This document shows positions 36,754 to 46,336 of a stretch of DNA of 64,000 nt, in pieces. Origin of the DNA: Phycisphaerae bacterium RAS1 (lineage in GTDB: Bacteria; Planctomycetota; Phycisphaerae; UBA1845; Fen-1342); NCBI GenBank assembly GCA_007859745.1, contig SMLU01000002.1:52942-116941 (forward strand), written 5' to 3'. Position numbers and translations under genes: made by a program. The notes under the pieces are model-generated. The model did not search any database, was not told where the DNA came from, and was given only the letters and a program-made list of their open reading frames with translations. The first letter of the stretch is position 1; every line of letters begins with the position of its first letter.

Positions 36754-37404
36754 ATGAACTGTTCGGACTTTGAAAGACTGATCGACGCCCACCTCGACGG
36801 CGAGCTGGCCGGGAGCGTGCGGCTCGAATTCGACGCGCATCACCTGCGCTGCGCGCGCTGTCGGCAGCTTGTGGCGATGCTCGAGTCGGTCGGCAACGTG
36901 GTGGCCGTCGATCGCCGCGACGAGCCGCGCCTTTCGGATGATTTCACCGTCCGCGTGATGGGCGACGTGACCAGCGTCAATCGCGAGCCGGTCCGCTCCT
37001 ATCGCGGACTGCGGATCGCCATCGCGGCCGGCGTGCTGGTGCAGGCGGCGGCGGTGGTCATGTTTGCGACGATGTTTCCGGTCGAGCCGTCGCGGCCGAG
37101 GATTCCGATTACCAAGCCGCCCGAGACGCTGGATGTCTCGCAGTATTCACACGCCGATCTCGCGGCGTACATCACCGGCCGGGTCTATGCGCGCGTGGCC
37201 TCAATCAGCGACGGTCTGTCGAAGGATGTCGGCAATGTCGGCATGTGGGCGGCGAACCTGCGCGTTTCGGATGACGTGGCCCGCTCGTCTCGCAAACTGG
37301 CTGAGGTCGATCCGCTGTTCGGGCTGCTGGGAGCGCTGCTGGCCGCCGACGATGAGCAGGATCAACCCGCCGAAGGCGGCGCGGACAATCAGTATTCCCT
37401 CTAG
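36754..37404 (+). CDS. Anti-sigma factor (zf-HC2 putative zinc finger plus TM segment)
   Basis: MNCSDFERLIDAHLDGEL...HHLRCARCRQ is the HxxxCxxC zinc-finger motif. Central TM helix. Immediately downstream of the ECF sigma. Confidence 0.75.
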   Translation: MNCSDFERLIDAHLDGELAGSVRLEFDAHHLRCARCRQLVAMLESVGNVVAVDRRDEPRLSDDFTVRVMGDVTSVNREPVRSYRGLRIAIAAGVLVQAAAVVMFATMFPVEPSRPRIPITKPPETLDVSQYSHADLAAYITGRVYARVASISDGLSKDVGNVGMWAANLRVSDDVARSSRKLAEVDPLFGLLGALLAADDEQDQPAEGGADNQYSL

Positions 37405-39655
37405 CTCACCTGCCGCCGCCGCGCCGGAAACCAAGGTCACTTTCCGAACCCGCCGCGCTCACAGCCCGTTCATAAAACCCGTAGCGTCGGCCCTCTGCGG
37501 CCGACGATCCGCGAAAACCCCACGAAAATCGTCATCGGCCACAGAGGGCCGACGCTACCGTCGCCGGGTTCGGACAGACGCGAGCGCCGCGGCGGGGAAC
37601 GGCCTTGCGATTGCCGCGTTTCTGTTCGCGACGCTGGCCGTTGCGCCGCTCGGAGAGGCCGCGGCGGATGACGCCTCGCTCGCCCGCCACACCCCCGCAA
37701 ATGTCGGCCTGTTTGTCGAGCTTCGCAAGCTCGACGGCCTGCTGGTCGATTTGCTCGACGCGCAGCTCTGGCTGACGCTCGCCGATCTGGCGGGCCAGCC
37801 GGCGCGCGAGGACGAACCCGAGGAGTGGCAGCGCCGCGTTCGGCATGCCATTCAGATGGATCCGACCGAAGCGATCAAGGCGCTGTTCGCCGATCGTGTG
37901 GCGTTCGTGGGAGACGCGCCCTGGCACGCGCAGGACGCCGCCGTTCTGTGCCGCCCGCCGACCGACGTGAAAGAACTGCTGAAGCGCTGGAAGCCGGCGC
38001 CGCTGCCGTACGCCGGACGGGCGTCGGTTTATCGTTTGCCGGGCAGCGTCGGGCTGGGGCGGTTCGACGACCTGCTGATGTTCGGCGACCCGCGACCGAT
38101 CGACGGCTCGTTTCAGCAGATGCTGAACCAGGCGGATCTCGGCGGTCCGACGCTGGCGGACGATCCGGTCTACTCGCAGTTGCTGGCGCGCACGCCGCCG
38201 TCGGCTGACGGCGTTCTGTTCGCGCGTCTGCGGCCGGTCGTCCGCATCGGCGGCGCGGGAGGCAGCGCATCGCAACCGGCCACGTCGCCGGCGACGCGCG
38301 CGTCGCGGCCGCTGGATGTGCTGGCCGGCGAGCTGCCCGGCCCGCTGCGGGGCGCGTCGAACGTTCTGCTTTCTTTGCACCGCGAGGGTCCACGACTGCA
38401 TGTTTGTGCGGTGGGCGACGGGCCGCCGCGTGCCCCGCGCCCGGCCGCGCTTTACGAAATGGTGCGCGACCTGCCGGCTCGAACGCTTCTGGCGCGGGCC
38501 GCGACGGTCGATTTTCCGGCGCTCTTCGACGCAGCCCAGAAACTGCCCGAGCGCAACCCGGCTCGCCTGGCCGTTTCACTGCTCGGCAAAGCCGGCGTGC
38601 TCGAGCGGCTCGAGCCGGCGCTCGGCTCGGACACGTGCATCGCGATCGGCGTTGTTGCGCCGGAGAATCGGCTCGACGGCGCGCCGCCGGCCCCGGCCGC
38701 GGCGCTCATGATCCGCACGCGCAACGCGCGCGCCGCTCTGGCCGAATTCACGAGCATCCTCGAATCGCTCTCGGGGCTGTACAACCTGCTGGCGATCAGG
38801 AACGGCTGGACCGCGCTTGACCCGCTACGCACGATCAACGCCGGCCCGGCTGACGCGCGCATGCTGGACCTGACGCCGCTGCTGCCCGCGGCGGCCGCGG
38901 GGCTTCTGGGCCCGGTGCGAATCACGTGCCTGGTGGACAATGACGTGCTGATCATCGCGACGCACGAGGACTGGATTCGACAGATCGTCGAAGCCCGCGA
39001 AGGCCGCAGCCCGCGGCTGGCTGAAGGACTGCAACTGTCACGGCAGCGCATCGGCCCCGGCTCCGACTCGATCATCTTTGCTCAGACCGGCCCGTTCGCC
39101 GATCTGAGCGTTTTGTGGCTCGATTTCGTGGGACAGCTCGCGCCGCAGGCGCTCGGCGAGCGCTTCTGGCGCGAGCTTCAGCCTGCGGGCCGAAACGTGC
39201 GGCTCGGAATCCAGGCCACGGAATTGAGCGACGCGCGGGCGCTGCGCGTGGATAGCGTCAACGAGCTCGGCCCGGCGTCCGGCGTGCTGCGGATCGGCGA
39301 CCGGATCCTGGGCTGCAACCAGCGGCGCTTCGCTACCACGCAGCCGGTGGTTGAGTTTCAGCGCGGCCTGATCGAGCGGCCCGAGGCGCGCTTCGTCGAA
39401 CTGATCGTGCAGCGAGATGACATTTCGCTCGTTCGCCGAGTCCCGCTGCCGTTCATCGATCCGGTGCAGCTCCTGCGGCGGGCGGTCTCGATCGGCAAGG
39501 CGGCGCAGCGCGTGGTCTACCACGACGATTCCGGAGACGCCGCCGGCCCGCGCGGCTTCCTGACGATTGAGCTGCGCCGTCCGGGCGACGTGGTCTATTC
39601 GTTCGACGAGCCGACGTCGCAGCCGGCGCGCTCGGAAGACTCTGTACGCGAATAG
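37349..39655 (+). CDS. Large secreted hypothetical protein with a PDZ-like C-terminal region; start codon uncertain
   Basis: Long coding-like ORF. A signal-peptide-like segment LAIAAFLFATLAVAPLGEAAA lies just after the repeat. The only in-frame canonical start upstream is ATG 37349, which reads through the composite repeat. Confidence 0.55.
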   Translation, partial: TMSRINPPKAARTISIPSSSPAAAAPETKVTFRTRRAHSPFIKPVASALCGRRSAKTPRKSSSATEGRRYRRRVRTDASAAAGNGLAIAAFLFATLAVAPLGEAAADDASLARHTPANVGLFVELRKLDGLLVDLLDAQLWLTLADLAGQPAREDEPEEWQRRVRHAIQMDPTEAIKALFADRVAFVGDAPWHAQDAAVLCRPPTDVKELLKRWKPAPLPYAGRASVYRLPGSVGLGRFDDLLMFGDPRPIDGSFQQMLNQADLGGPTLADDPVYSQLLARTPPSADGVLFARLRPVVRIGGAGGSASQPATSPATRASRPLDVLAGELPGPLRGASNVLLSLHREGPRLHVCAVGDGPPRAPRPAALYEMVRDLPARTLLARAATVDFPALFDAAQKLPERNPARLAVSLLGKAGVLERLEPALGSDTCIAIGVVAPENRLDGAPPAPAAALMIRTRNARAALAEFTSILESLSGLYNLLAIRNGWTALDPLRTINAGPADARMLDLTPLLPAAAAGLLGPVRITCLVDNDVLIIATHEDWIRQIVEAREGRSPRLAEGLQLSRQRIGPGSDSIIFAQTGPFADLSVLWLDFVGQLAPQALGERFWRELQPAGRNVRLGIQATELSDARALRVDSVNELGPASGVLRIGDRILGCNQRRFATTQPVVEFQRGLIERPEARFVELIVQRDDISLVRRVPLPFIDPVQLLRRAVSIGKAAQRVVYHDDSGDAAGPRGFLTIELRRPGDVVYSFDEPTSQPARSEDSVRE
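37437..37580. repeat. Composite repeat: family-A termini enclosing a family-F palindrome
   Basis: Starts TTTCCGAACCCGCCGCG and ends CGCCGGGTTCGGACAGAC. The core is GTCGGCCCTCTGCGGCCGACG...CGGCCACAGAGGGCCGACG. Confidence 0.7.
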
Positions 39656-39855
39656 TGGGCCTGGTGGATCACGGCGCGCGTGTGCGCGCCGACCCGCAGA
39701 GCCCCAAGCGCCAGCGCGCCGGCCTTTCGCGCGACGGACGCCGCCTCGCGGCAACCCCCGCGCGCTGGCGCTTCGGCCTCGGTTGCCGCGTACCCGCGCA
39801 CGGTCATTTACATCGGTGCGCTGATCGTCCGACGTCACGGTTGTTCAGGCCATCC

Positions 39856-40263
39856 ATGCCCCGCTTCGTACTCCTCGAACATGACCTGAGCGGCGCCGCT
39901 CCCGGCGTGGAAGGCGCCGGGACGCGACACTGGGATCTCATGATCGAGGTCCCCGGAAAGGACGCGCTCGGGACGTGGCGGCTGCTCGGCGATCCGATGG
40001 AAGAAGTCTCCGTCGTCGCGAAGCCGATCGGAGATCATCGCCGCGCCTACCTGGATTACGAAGGACCGGTCAGCCGAGGGCGCGGCGTGGTGCGGCGCGT
40101 GGATACGGGCGTCGCGGAGTGGCTCGAGCGGTCAGAAACCGGAATGTGCGTTCGATTGACCGGAGGTCTGCTGCGGGGTCGATACGTGATGGCGCCGGGC
40201 GACGGCGGCTGGCGTTTCCAACGGCTTGGGGGGGATGGCGATTCAGAACGCAGGCCCGGATAG
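39856..40263 (+). CDS. Stand-alone LigD 3'-phosphoesterase (PE) domain-like protein
   Basis: FVLLEHDLSG..GTRHWDLMIE and YLDYEGPVS...G.V.R.D.G resemble the LigD_N/PE signature. Confidence 0.5.
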   Translation: MPRFVLLEHDLSGAAPGVEGAGTRHWDLMIEVPGKDALGTWRLLGDPMEEVSVVAKPIGDHRRAYLDYEGPVSRGRGVVRRVDTGVAEWLERSETGMCVRLTGGLLRGRYVMAPGDGGWRFQRLGGDGDSERRPG

Positions 40264-40284
40264 CAACACGTTCAGCAGGGGGTA

Positions 40285-40350
40285 ACGTCGGCTCCGTGTG
40301 GCCGACGATGCGCGAATACCGCCGTCGGCCACCGAGGGCCGACGCTACCG
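40285..40350. repeat. Family-F palindrome
   Basis: GTCGGCTCCGTGTGGCCGACG...CGTCGGCCACCGAGGGCCGACG. Confidence 0.65.
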
Positions 40351-41481
40351 CGCGCGAAAGTCGACGACCACCGGCAGGTGATCGATCTTCTTGCCGACGC
40401 TGTCCAGCGCACAATCCAGCCGGTCCAGCCCCGTTTCTTTCAGCATCGCCTCGGACATCGTCAACGTATCGAGCACGAAACTGTGAACCACCGTCAGCAC
40501 GCTGTCGGAATAGATCACGTAATCCAGCCGGCCGGGCGGATACTGGTCCGTGTCGTCGCGCCAGGTATACACCTCGCCGCTCTCGGCGTTGTGCGTCGCG
40601 GGGACATCGGACAGCGGCGAGTCGTCCCAGTCCGGCGGCAGGTCGGGCCCGAATGCCTGCTCATCCTGGATGTCGCCGGTCAGAAGCGTGTCGAGCGGCT
40701 GGCGGGCGCCGACAATGTTCAAGTCGCCGCAGATGATGAGGGCGGTCTTTTCCGGCAGATCGACCTTTCCGCCGGGCGTGCGGACGTCGCGAATCCAGTT
40801 CACGATCGCGTCCGACTGTTTCTGACGCAGCGGGTCGTTCTTGGTGTCGCCGCAGCACTTGAAGTGGTTGTTCATAAGGTACAGGTCGATCGGAAAACGG
40901 TCGTTGGGAAGGTCGACCATCGCGATGCACAGCTCTCGCTCGCCGGGCGGGTCGGTTCTTTCGAGCGTCATGCTGAGCGGGAAGCGGCTGAGCGTGACGT
41001 TGGTCCAGCCCTTGCACGCGTTCCATTTTCCGCCGCCGGGCAGCGGCAGCGCTTCGTTCACCACGTTCGCCGCCGCCGCGGCGGGTTTGCGGATTTCCTG
41101 CAGCGCGAGCACATCGGGCTGCACGGCCTGCACGACGCGGCGGAACTTGGCGGCGCGCTCGGCGGGGCCGTCGGGGAAGATGCTGTCGAAATGCACGTTG
41201 TAGGTCATGACGCGCAGGTCGGTCTCTTTTTTCTTTTTCAAGAAGCCGGCCGGTTTGGCCGGCGGGCCGGATGGAATGACGACGGCGGGGCTCGTCGCGG
41301 CCGGGGCGGAGGTCGGCGCGGCGGACGGCGGCGGCGACGACTTTGGCGGCGTTGGGCTCGCGGTGGATGAGGGCGGAGCCGGCGGCTGGCCCTGGTCGCA
41401 CCCGAAAAAGGCCCACGTGAAAAGCGCGAGTGCGATGATTCCGGTGCGTGGCGATACTGATTGTCGTTGCCTGGCGTTCAA
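40345..41481 (-). CDS. Endonuclease/exonuclease/phosphatase (EEP) family lipoprotein
   Basis: EEP motifs: LRVMTYNV; a His in the C-terminal ...HLPV...; GDLN. Probable TTG start at 41481, giving MNARQRQSVSPRTGIIALALFTWAFFGC with a lipobox. Alternative ATG at 41571. Confidence 0.7.
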   Translation of the reverse strand: MNARQRQSVSPRTGIIALALFTWAFFGCDQGQPPAPPSSTASPTPPKSSPPPSAAPTSAPAATSPAVVIPSGPPAKPAGFLKKKKETDLRVMTYNVHFDSIFPDGPAERAAKFRRVVQAVQPDVLALQEIRKPAAAAANVVNEALPLPGGGKWNACKGWTNVTLSRFPLSMTLERTDPPGERELCIAMVDLPNDRFPIDLYLMNNHFKCCGDTKNDPLRQKQSDAIVNWIRDVRTPGGKVDLPEKTALIICGDLNIVGARQPLDTLLTGDIQDEQAFGPDLPPDWDDSPLSDVPATHNAESGEVYTWRDDTDQYPPGRLDYVIYSDSVLTVVHSFVLDTLTMSEAMLKETGLDRLDCALDSVGKKIDHLPVVVDFRAR

Positions 41482-41769
41482 CGGAACCTCAATTCTGTAC
41501 GCCCGTATTCGGGTCGTGGCCAAGCGATTCGAGTTTCGCGATCCCATCGGCACCGCATAATAGTCGAACATGGTCGCCAGATAGCGGCCGTTCTTCGGTG
41601 CGTTGAGGATGTAGCGAGAAGATGACCCCAACGGTCTCTCGTCGGCCCGCGTGCGTGGCGGAGACGGGCCCGAGGCGCCGGAGGCCGGTCCCCCAAACGA
41701 CCCACACTGACCCACGACCGGACACGCGGCTTGCTCGCAGGGTCGGCGATTCGCACTTATGCTGCCCGG

Positions 41770-43950
41770 ATGCAGCGCGACGAGCTTCTGAATCGCTTCA
41801 TCGACGCCCTCCCGCACGCGCTGTACAGCTACCAGGAAGAGGCCTTGCTGGCCTGGTTCGAGTCCGATGCCGGGGTCATGGTCTGCGCCCCGACCGGCAT
41901 GGGAAAAACGCTCCTGGCCGAGGCGGCGGTGTTCGAGGCGCTGCATTCGCGCCAGAGACTCTACTACACCACGCCGCTGATCGCGCTGACCGACCAGAAA
42001 TACCGCGAGCTCGGCGCCCTCGCGGAGAAATGGGGCTTCTCTCGTCAGGACGTCGGTCTGATCACTGGCAACCGCCGTGAGAATCCGGATGCGCTCGTCC
42101 GCGTGGTCGTCGCCGAAATCCTGCTGAATCACCTGCTCTCCCCCGACCCCGCGCTGCTCGACGCCGCCAACCTGCACGCCGTCGTCATGGACGAGTTTCA
42201 CAACTTCAACGACTTCGATCGCGGCGTCGTCTGGGAGCTGTCGCTGGTGCTGCTGCCGAGGCACGTGCGCGTGTTGCTGCTTTCGGCGACCGTCGGCAAT
42301 CCCTACGACTTCGCCGACTGGCTGGCCAAGGAGCACGGCCGGAAGCTCGTCGTTGTGATTTCGACCGAGCGGCGCGTGCCGCTGGAGTTCTGCTGGGTTG
42401 AAGACCGATTGCTGACTGAATACCTGCCGGCCATGGTCGCCGGCAACGACGCCGACAACCGCACGCCGGCGCTGGTCTTCTGTTTCAATCGCGACGAATG
42501 CTGGGAAGTGGCCGAGCGGCTCAAGGGGCTGCCGCTGATCAACGCCGCCACGCGGACGCAGATCGAAACCGAGCTGGCGCCCTTCAAGGCCGACCTCTCG
42601 GACGGCGTAGGGCCGAAGCTGCAACAGATGCTGATCCGCGGCGTGGGCGTGCATCACGCGGGCGTATTGCCGACGCACAAGCACGCGGTCGAGACGCTGT
42701 TCAACAAGAAGCTCGTGCCGTTTGTGGTCTGCACCGAGACGCTGGCCGCCGGCGTGAACCTGCCGGCCCGCTCGGTCGTGCTGAGCACGCTGCTGAAAGG
42801 CAAGCACGGCGACAAGAAGCTGATTCCGTCCGCAACGGCCCACCAGATTTTCGGCCGCGCCGGCCGGCCGCAGTTCGACACACAGGGCTACGTGCACGTC
42901 GTCGCGCACGAGGACGACGTGAAGATTCACAAGTGGAAGAAGCGCTACGATCAGATCGACCCGAACAGCAAAGACCCCGGCATCATGCGGATGCGCAAGG
43001 AGCTGGAGCGCAAGCGCCCCACGCGCCGCAAGACCGAGCAATACTGGAGCGAGGGGCAGCTCAAGTCGCTGATTCAGGCCGGCCCGGCCAAGCTCTTCTC
43101 GCGCTCAATGATCCCCTACTCGATGCTGATCTTTCTGCTGACCAAAACCGGCGAACTGCGCAGCGTGCGCGAATTCCTGGTGAAGCGCTTCGCGGGGGCC
43201 GAGCGGATCGAGTCGTTTCAGAAGCAGCTCGAGGTAATGGTCGGCAATCTGGCGGCGCTGGGCTACCTGACGCGCTCCGAGGACGGCGAGCACGTGACGC
43301 TGGCCGACTCGATCCACAAGCTGCTTCAGTTCCGCAGCGTCGATCCGCTCTTCGGCGCGTATGTCGCTGAGCAACTGGCGTACTCCAATTTTGACGAGAA
43401 AGTGCTGGCGCTCGATTCAATGCTGGAGATGCCGCCGGTGATCGAGCGCAAGGTGCGCGTGCCCGATCTGCCGCCCGGACCGCTCCAGACCCAGGTGCTG
43501 GAGCCGTTGATGATCCAGTTGGGGCTGACGCTCGCTCCGCTGGAATCGGACGCGCAGGACGAGGAGGACGGCTGGGACGACGGATTCGACGAAGACCAGC
43601 CGCGCCCGCCCAGCATGCCGGAGATGCTCAAGCAGGTGTTTGAAGCCCGCCTGCCCGCGCCGGAAAACGTGTTCATTCAGCCGAAATGGGTGACGGGCGG
43701 AGCAATCGAGTTCGACGGCGAGTTCTTCAAGTTCGTGCGCTCGCGCGACCTGGTGAAGCAGGAAGGAATCGTGCTGCGGCACCTGCTGCGCGTGGTGATT
43801 CTCGCGGGCGAGATTCTGACGCAGTCGAACGACCCGGACTACGCACGGATCGTCGAGCTGGCGACCAAAACCTGCCGCCGCGTGGAGCCGCAGTACACCG
43901 AGCGCTTCCTGGCGGAGGCGGCGGCGGTGAAGAAGCTGGAACCGGTCTGA
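41770..43950 (+). CDS. DEAD/DEAH-box superfamily-2 helicase (Ski2/Lhr-like)
   Basis: Motif I APTGMGKT, motif II VMDEFH, motif III SAT, motif VI HHAGV...FGRAGR. Confidence 0.85.
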   Translation: MQRDELLNRFIDALPHALYSYQEEALLAWFESDAGVMVCAPTGMGKTLLAEAAVFEALHSRQRLYYTTPLIALTDQKYRELGALAEKWGFSRQDVGLITGNRRENPDALVRVVVAEILLNHLLSPDPALLDAANLHAVVMDEFHNFNDFDRGVVWELSLVLLPRHVRVLLLSATVGNPYDFADWLAKEHGRKLVVVISTERRVPLEFCWVEDRLLTEYLPAMVAGNDADNRTPALVFCFNRDECWEVAERLKGLPLINAATRTQIETELAPFKADLSDGVGPKLQQMLIRGVGVHHAGVLPTHKHAVETLFNKKLVPFVVCTETLAAGVNLPARSVVLSTLLKGKHGDKKLIPSATAHQIFGRAGRPQFDTQGYVHVVAHEDDVKIHKWKKRYDQIDPNSKDPGIMRMRKELERKRPTRRKTEQYWSEGQLKSLIQAGPAKLFSRSMIPYSMLIFLLTKTGELRSVREFLVKRFAGAERIESFQKQLEVMVGNLAALGYLTRSEDGEHVTLADSIHKLLQFRSVDPLFGAYVAEQLAYSNFDEKVLALDSMLEMPPVIERKVRVPDLPPGPLQTQVLEPLMIQLGLTLAPLESDAQDEEDGWDDGFDEDQPRPPSMPEMLKQVFEARLPAPENVFIQPKWVTGGAIEFDGEFFKFVRSRDLVKQEGIVLRHLLRVVILAGEILTQSNDPDYARIVELATKTCRRVEPQYTERFLAEAAAVKKLEPV

Positions 43951-44056
43951 CGCGGGCGGCGCCCGGACCGCGACGGCGCTCCGTTCCCCACCGGCAATCC
44001 CGTCTCGCTACAATGTCGCGCCGAATCCTTACAAAAGAATATTCCTGGAGGCTTGA

Positions 44057-46174
44057 ATGACCTGCTCGTCCTGTGCCGCACTTTCGCTCTTCCTGGCCGC
44101 CTGTTTTCTGCCGGTCGCGTCATTTGCCCAATCCGCCGCCAAGCCGATCAACGTGCGCGACCTGCACGCCTTGGAGCGCATCAGCCAGATTCAGGTCTCG
44201 CCCGACGGCCAGCGCGTCTGCTTCGTCCTGCGAACCACCGACTTCGACGCCAACCGTGGGCGAACTAATCTGTGGATGTGCAACATCGACGGCAGCGTCC
44301 TGCGGCGGCTGACCACGCACCCGGAGGGCGGCGCAAGCAACCCGCGCTGGGCGGCCGACGGTGGCGCCATCTACTTCATTTCCAGCCGGGACGACAGCTC
44401 ACAGATTTGGCGGATTGCGGCGGACGGCGGCGAGGCGGAGCAGGTCACCAGGCTCCCGCTCGACGTCGAGAGCTTCACGCTCTCGCGCAACGGTAAGCTC
44501 ATGGCCCTCAACATGGCCGTCTTTCCCGACGCCTCACCGGCCGACACGAAAAAGCGGCTCGACGAGAAAAAGCAACAGAAGGCGACCGGCCAGCTTTATG
44601 ACAAGCTCTTCGTGCGGCACTGGGACGCATGGAAAGACGGCCGGCGCTCGCACATCTTCGTCCTGCCCGTGGGTGGGATGGGCGTCTCGCCCGTCCCTGC
44701 CGACAGCGTGAACGGGCGAGACGCCCGTTCCACCCTCAGCCCGGAGGCGGTCGACTTGATGAAGGGCATGGACGCCGACGCGCCGTCACGACCCTTCGGC
44801 GATGCAGACGAGTACACGTTTACGCCGGACGGAAAGGCCGTGGTTTTTGCCTGCCGCAACGTCGGCCGCGAAGAGGCCTGGTCCACGCGTTTTGATCTGC
44901 ATGTCGCGCCGGTTGATGGCGCCGCGCCGCCGAAGGTCATCACGCCGGGCAACAAGGCCACCATCACCCAGCCGGTCTTCTCGCCGGATGGCAGGACGCT
45001 CGCGTATCTGGCCATGACGCGGCCGGGATACGAGGCCGACCGCATGCGGATCGTGCTGCGAAGCTGGCCCGACGGCGAGCCCAAGTTGCTCACGGAAAAG
45101 TGGGACCGCTCGCCGCAGAAGATCGTCTGGTCGGGTGACGGCAAGACGATTTACGCGTTCGCCGACAACCTTGGCCAGCGTAGCATCTTCGCGGTTAGCG
45201 CCGCGGACGGCGCGGCGAAGGCGATGGTTGAGCAGGGCCACGCAACCGAATTGGGCGTCGCCGGGGATCGCGTCGTCTACGGGCTGAATTCGTTGAAAAG
45301 CCCCGTGCAAATCCACACGGTGGCCGCAGCCGGCGGCAGTCCGACGCAGATCACAAAGATCAACGGGGAAAAGCTCGCCGAGCTGAAGCTCGGTGAGCCG
45401 GAGCAGTTCGATTTCGTCGGCTGGAACGACGAGAAGGTCTACGGCTACATCGTCAAGCCGGTCGATTTTGACGCCGCGAAGAAGTATCCGATCGCGTTCC
45501 TGATTCACGGCGGCCCGCAGGGCTCGTTCGGCAACGACTGGCACTATCGCTGGAACCCGCAGCTTTTCGCGGCGGCGGGCTATGCAGCGGTGATGGTCGA
45601 TTTCCACGGCTCCACCGGCTACGGACAGGCGTTCACGGACGCGATCACCGGCCACTGGGGTGATCGGCCGCTCGAAGACTTGCAGAAAGGCCTGGCGGCG
45701 GCCCTGGCGAAATACCCGTGGATGAACGGCGAGAAGGTGGCGGCGCTGGGCGCCTCCTACGGCGGCTACATGATCAACTGGATCGCCGGCAACTGGCCCG
45801 ACCGCTTTCGCTGCCTGGTCTGCCACGACGGCAATCTCGACGAGCAGTTCGCCTACTTCGACACGGAGGAGTTGTGGTTCCCCGAGTGGGAGCACGGCGG
45901 GACGCCCTGGGAAAAACCGGAGAACTTTGCCAAGGCCAACCCGATCGACTTCGTGAAGAACTGGAAGACGCCGATGCTGGTGATCCACGGCGGGAAGGAC
46001 TACCGCGTGGTTTACACGCACGGCATCGCGACGTTCACGGCGCTCCAGCGGCGCGGGATTCCGAGCAAGTTCCTGTTCTTCCCGGATGAGAATCACTGGG
46101 TTTTGAAGCCGGCGAATGGGATCTTGTGGTATGACACGGTGCTGGGGTGGATGGATGAGTGGTGTAAGAAGTAG
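44057..46174 (+). CDS. S9-family serine peptidase (prolyl oligopeptidase/acylaminoacyl-peptidase type), secreted; carries an in-frame family-B repeat
   Basis: Signal peptide. Beta-propeller N-domain. Catalytic GASYGGY, with Asp and His in the C-terminal alpha/beta-hydrolase domain. Confidence 0.85.
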   Translation: MTCSSCAALSLFLAACFLPVASFAQSAAKPINVRDLHALERISQIQVSPDGQRVCFVLRTTDFDANRGRTNLWMCNIDGSVLRRLTTHPEGGASNPRWAADGGAIYFISSRDDSSQIWRIAADGGEAEQVTRLPLDVESFTLSRNGKLMALNMAVFPDASPADTKKRLDEKKQQKATGQLYDKLFVRHWDAWKDGRRSHIFVLPVGGMGVSPVPADSVNGRDARSTLSPEAVDLMKGMDADAPSRPFGDADEYTFTPDGKAVVFACRNVGREEAWSTRFDLHVAPVDGAAPPKVITPGNKATITQPVFSPDGRTLAYLAMTRPGYEADRMRIVLRSWPDGEPKLLTEKWDRSPQKIVWSGDGKTIYAFADNLGQRSIFAVSAADGAAKAMVEQGHATELGVAGDRVVYGLNSLKSPVQIHTVAAAGGSPTQITKINGEKLAELKLGEPEQFDFVGWNDEKVYGYIVKPVDFDAAKKYPIAFLIHGGPQGSFGNDWHYRWNPQLFAAAGYAAVMVDFHGSTGYGQAFTDAITGHWGDRPLEDLQKGLAAALAKYPWMNGEKVAALGASYGGYMINWIAGNWPDRFRCLVCHDGNLDEQFAYFDTEELWFPEWEHGGTPWEKPENFAKANPIDFVKNWKTPMLVIHGGKDYRVVYTHGIATFTALQRRGIPSKFLFFPDENHWVLKPANGILWYDTVLGWMDEWCKK
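44683..44749. repeat. Family-B palindromic repeat inserted in frame in the S9 peptidase gene
   Basis: GTGGGTGGGATGGGCGTCTCGCCCGTCC...GAACGGGCGAGACGCCCGTTCCACCC translates PVGGMGVSPVPADSVNGRDARSTL without breaking the frame. Confidence 0.8.
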
Positions 46175-46224
46175 GGCGCGCTGGATGAGCGCCGGACGCG
46201 CACCGAGATTGCTGTGGCGCGTCT

Positions 46225-46312
46225 GATCCGAGCCGCGACCGCGAGGGAGCGGTTCTTCGTCGATCGGAGCGCCGTGCTTTCAGAACCGCGCCCTTACGGT
46301 CGCGGTTCGGAT
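46225..46312. repeat. Family-D palindromic repeat
   Basis: ATCCGAGCCGCGACCGCGAGGGAGCGG...CCGCGCCCTTACGGTCGCGGTTCGGAT. Confidence 0.75.
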
Positions 46313-46336
46313 CAGCGTGAAGAGGGGCCCGCCGCG

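Noticed and set aside
41482-43041. Upstream two-thirds of minus ORF 40345-43041 (898 aa)
   Set aside because: Only the C-terminal ~379 aa (EEP lipoprotein) is real; the remainder is antisense to the SF2 helicase.
44786-46096. Minus-strand ORF of 436 aa
   Set aside because: Antisense to the S9 peptidase.
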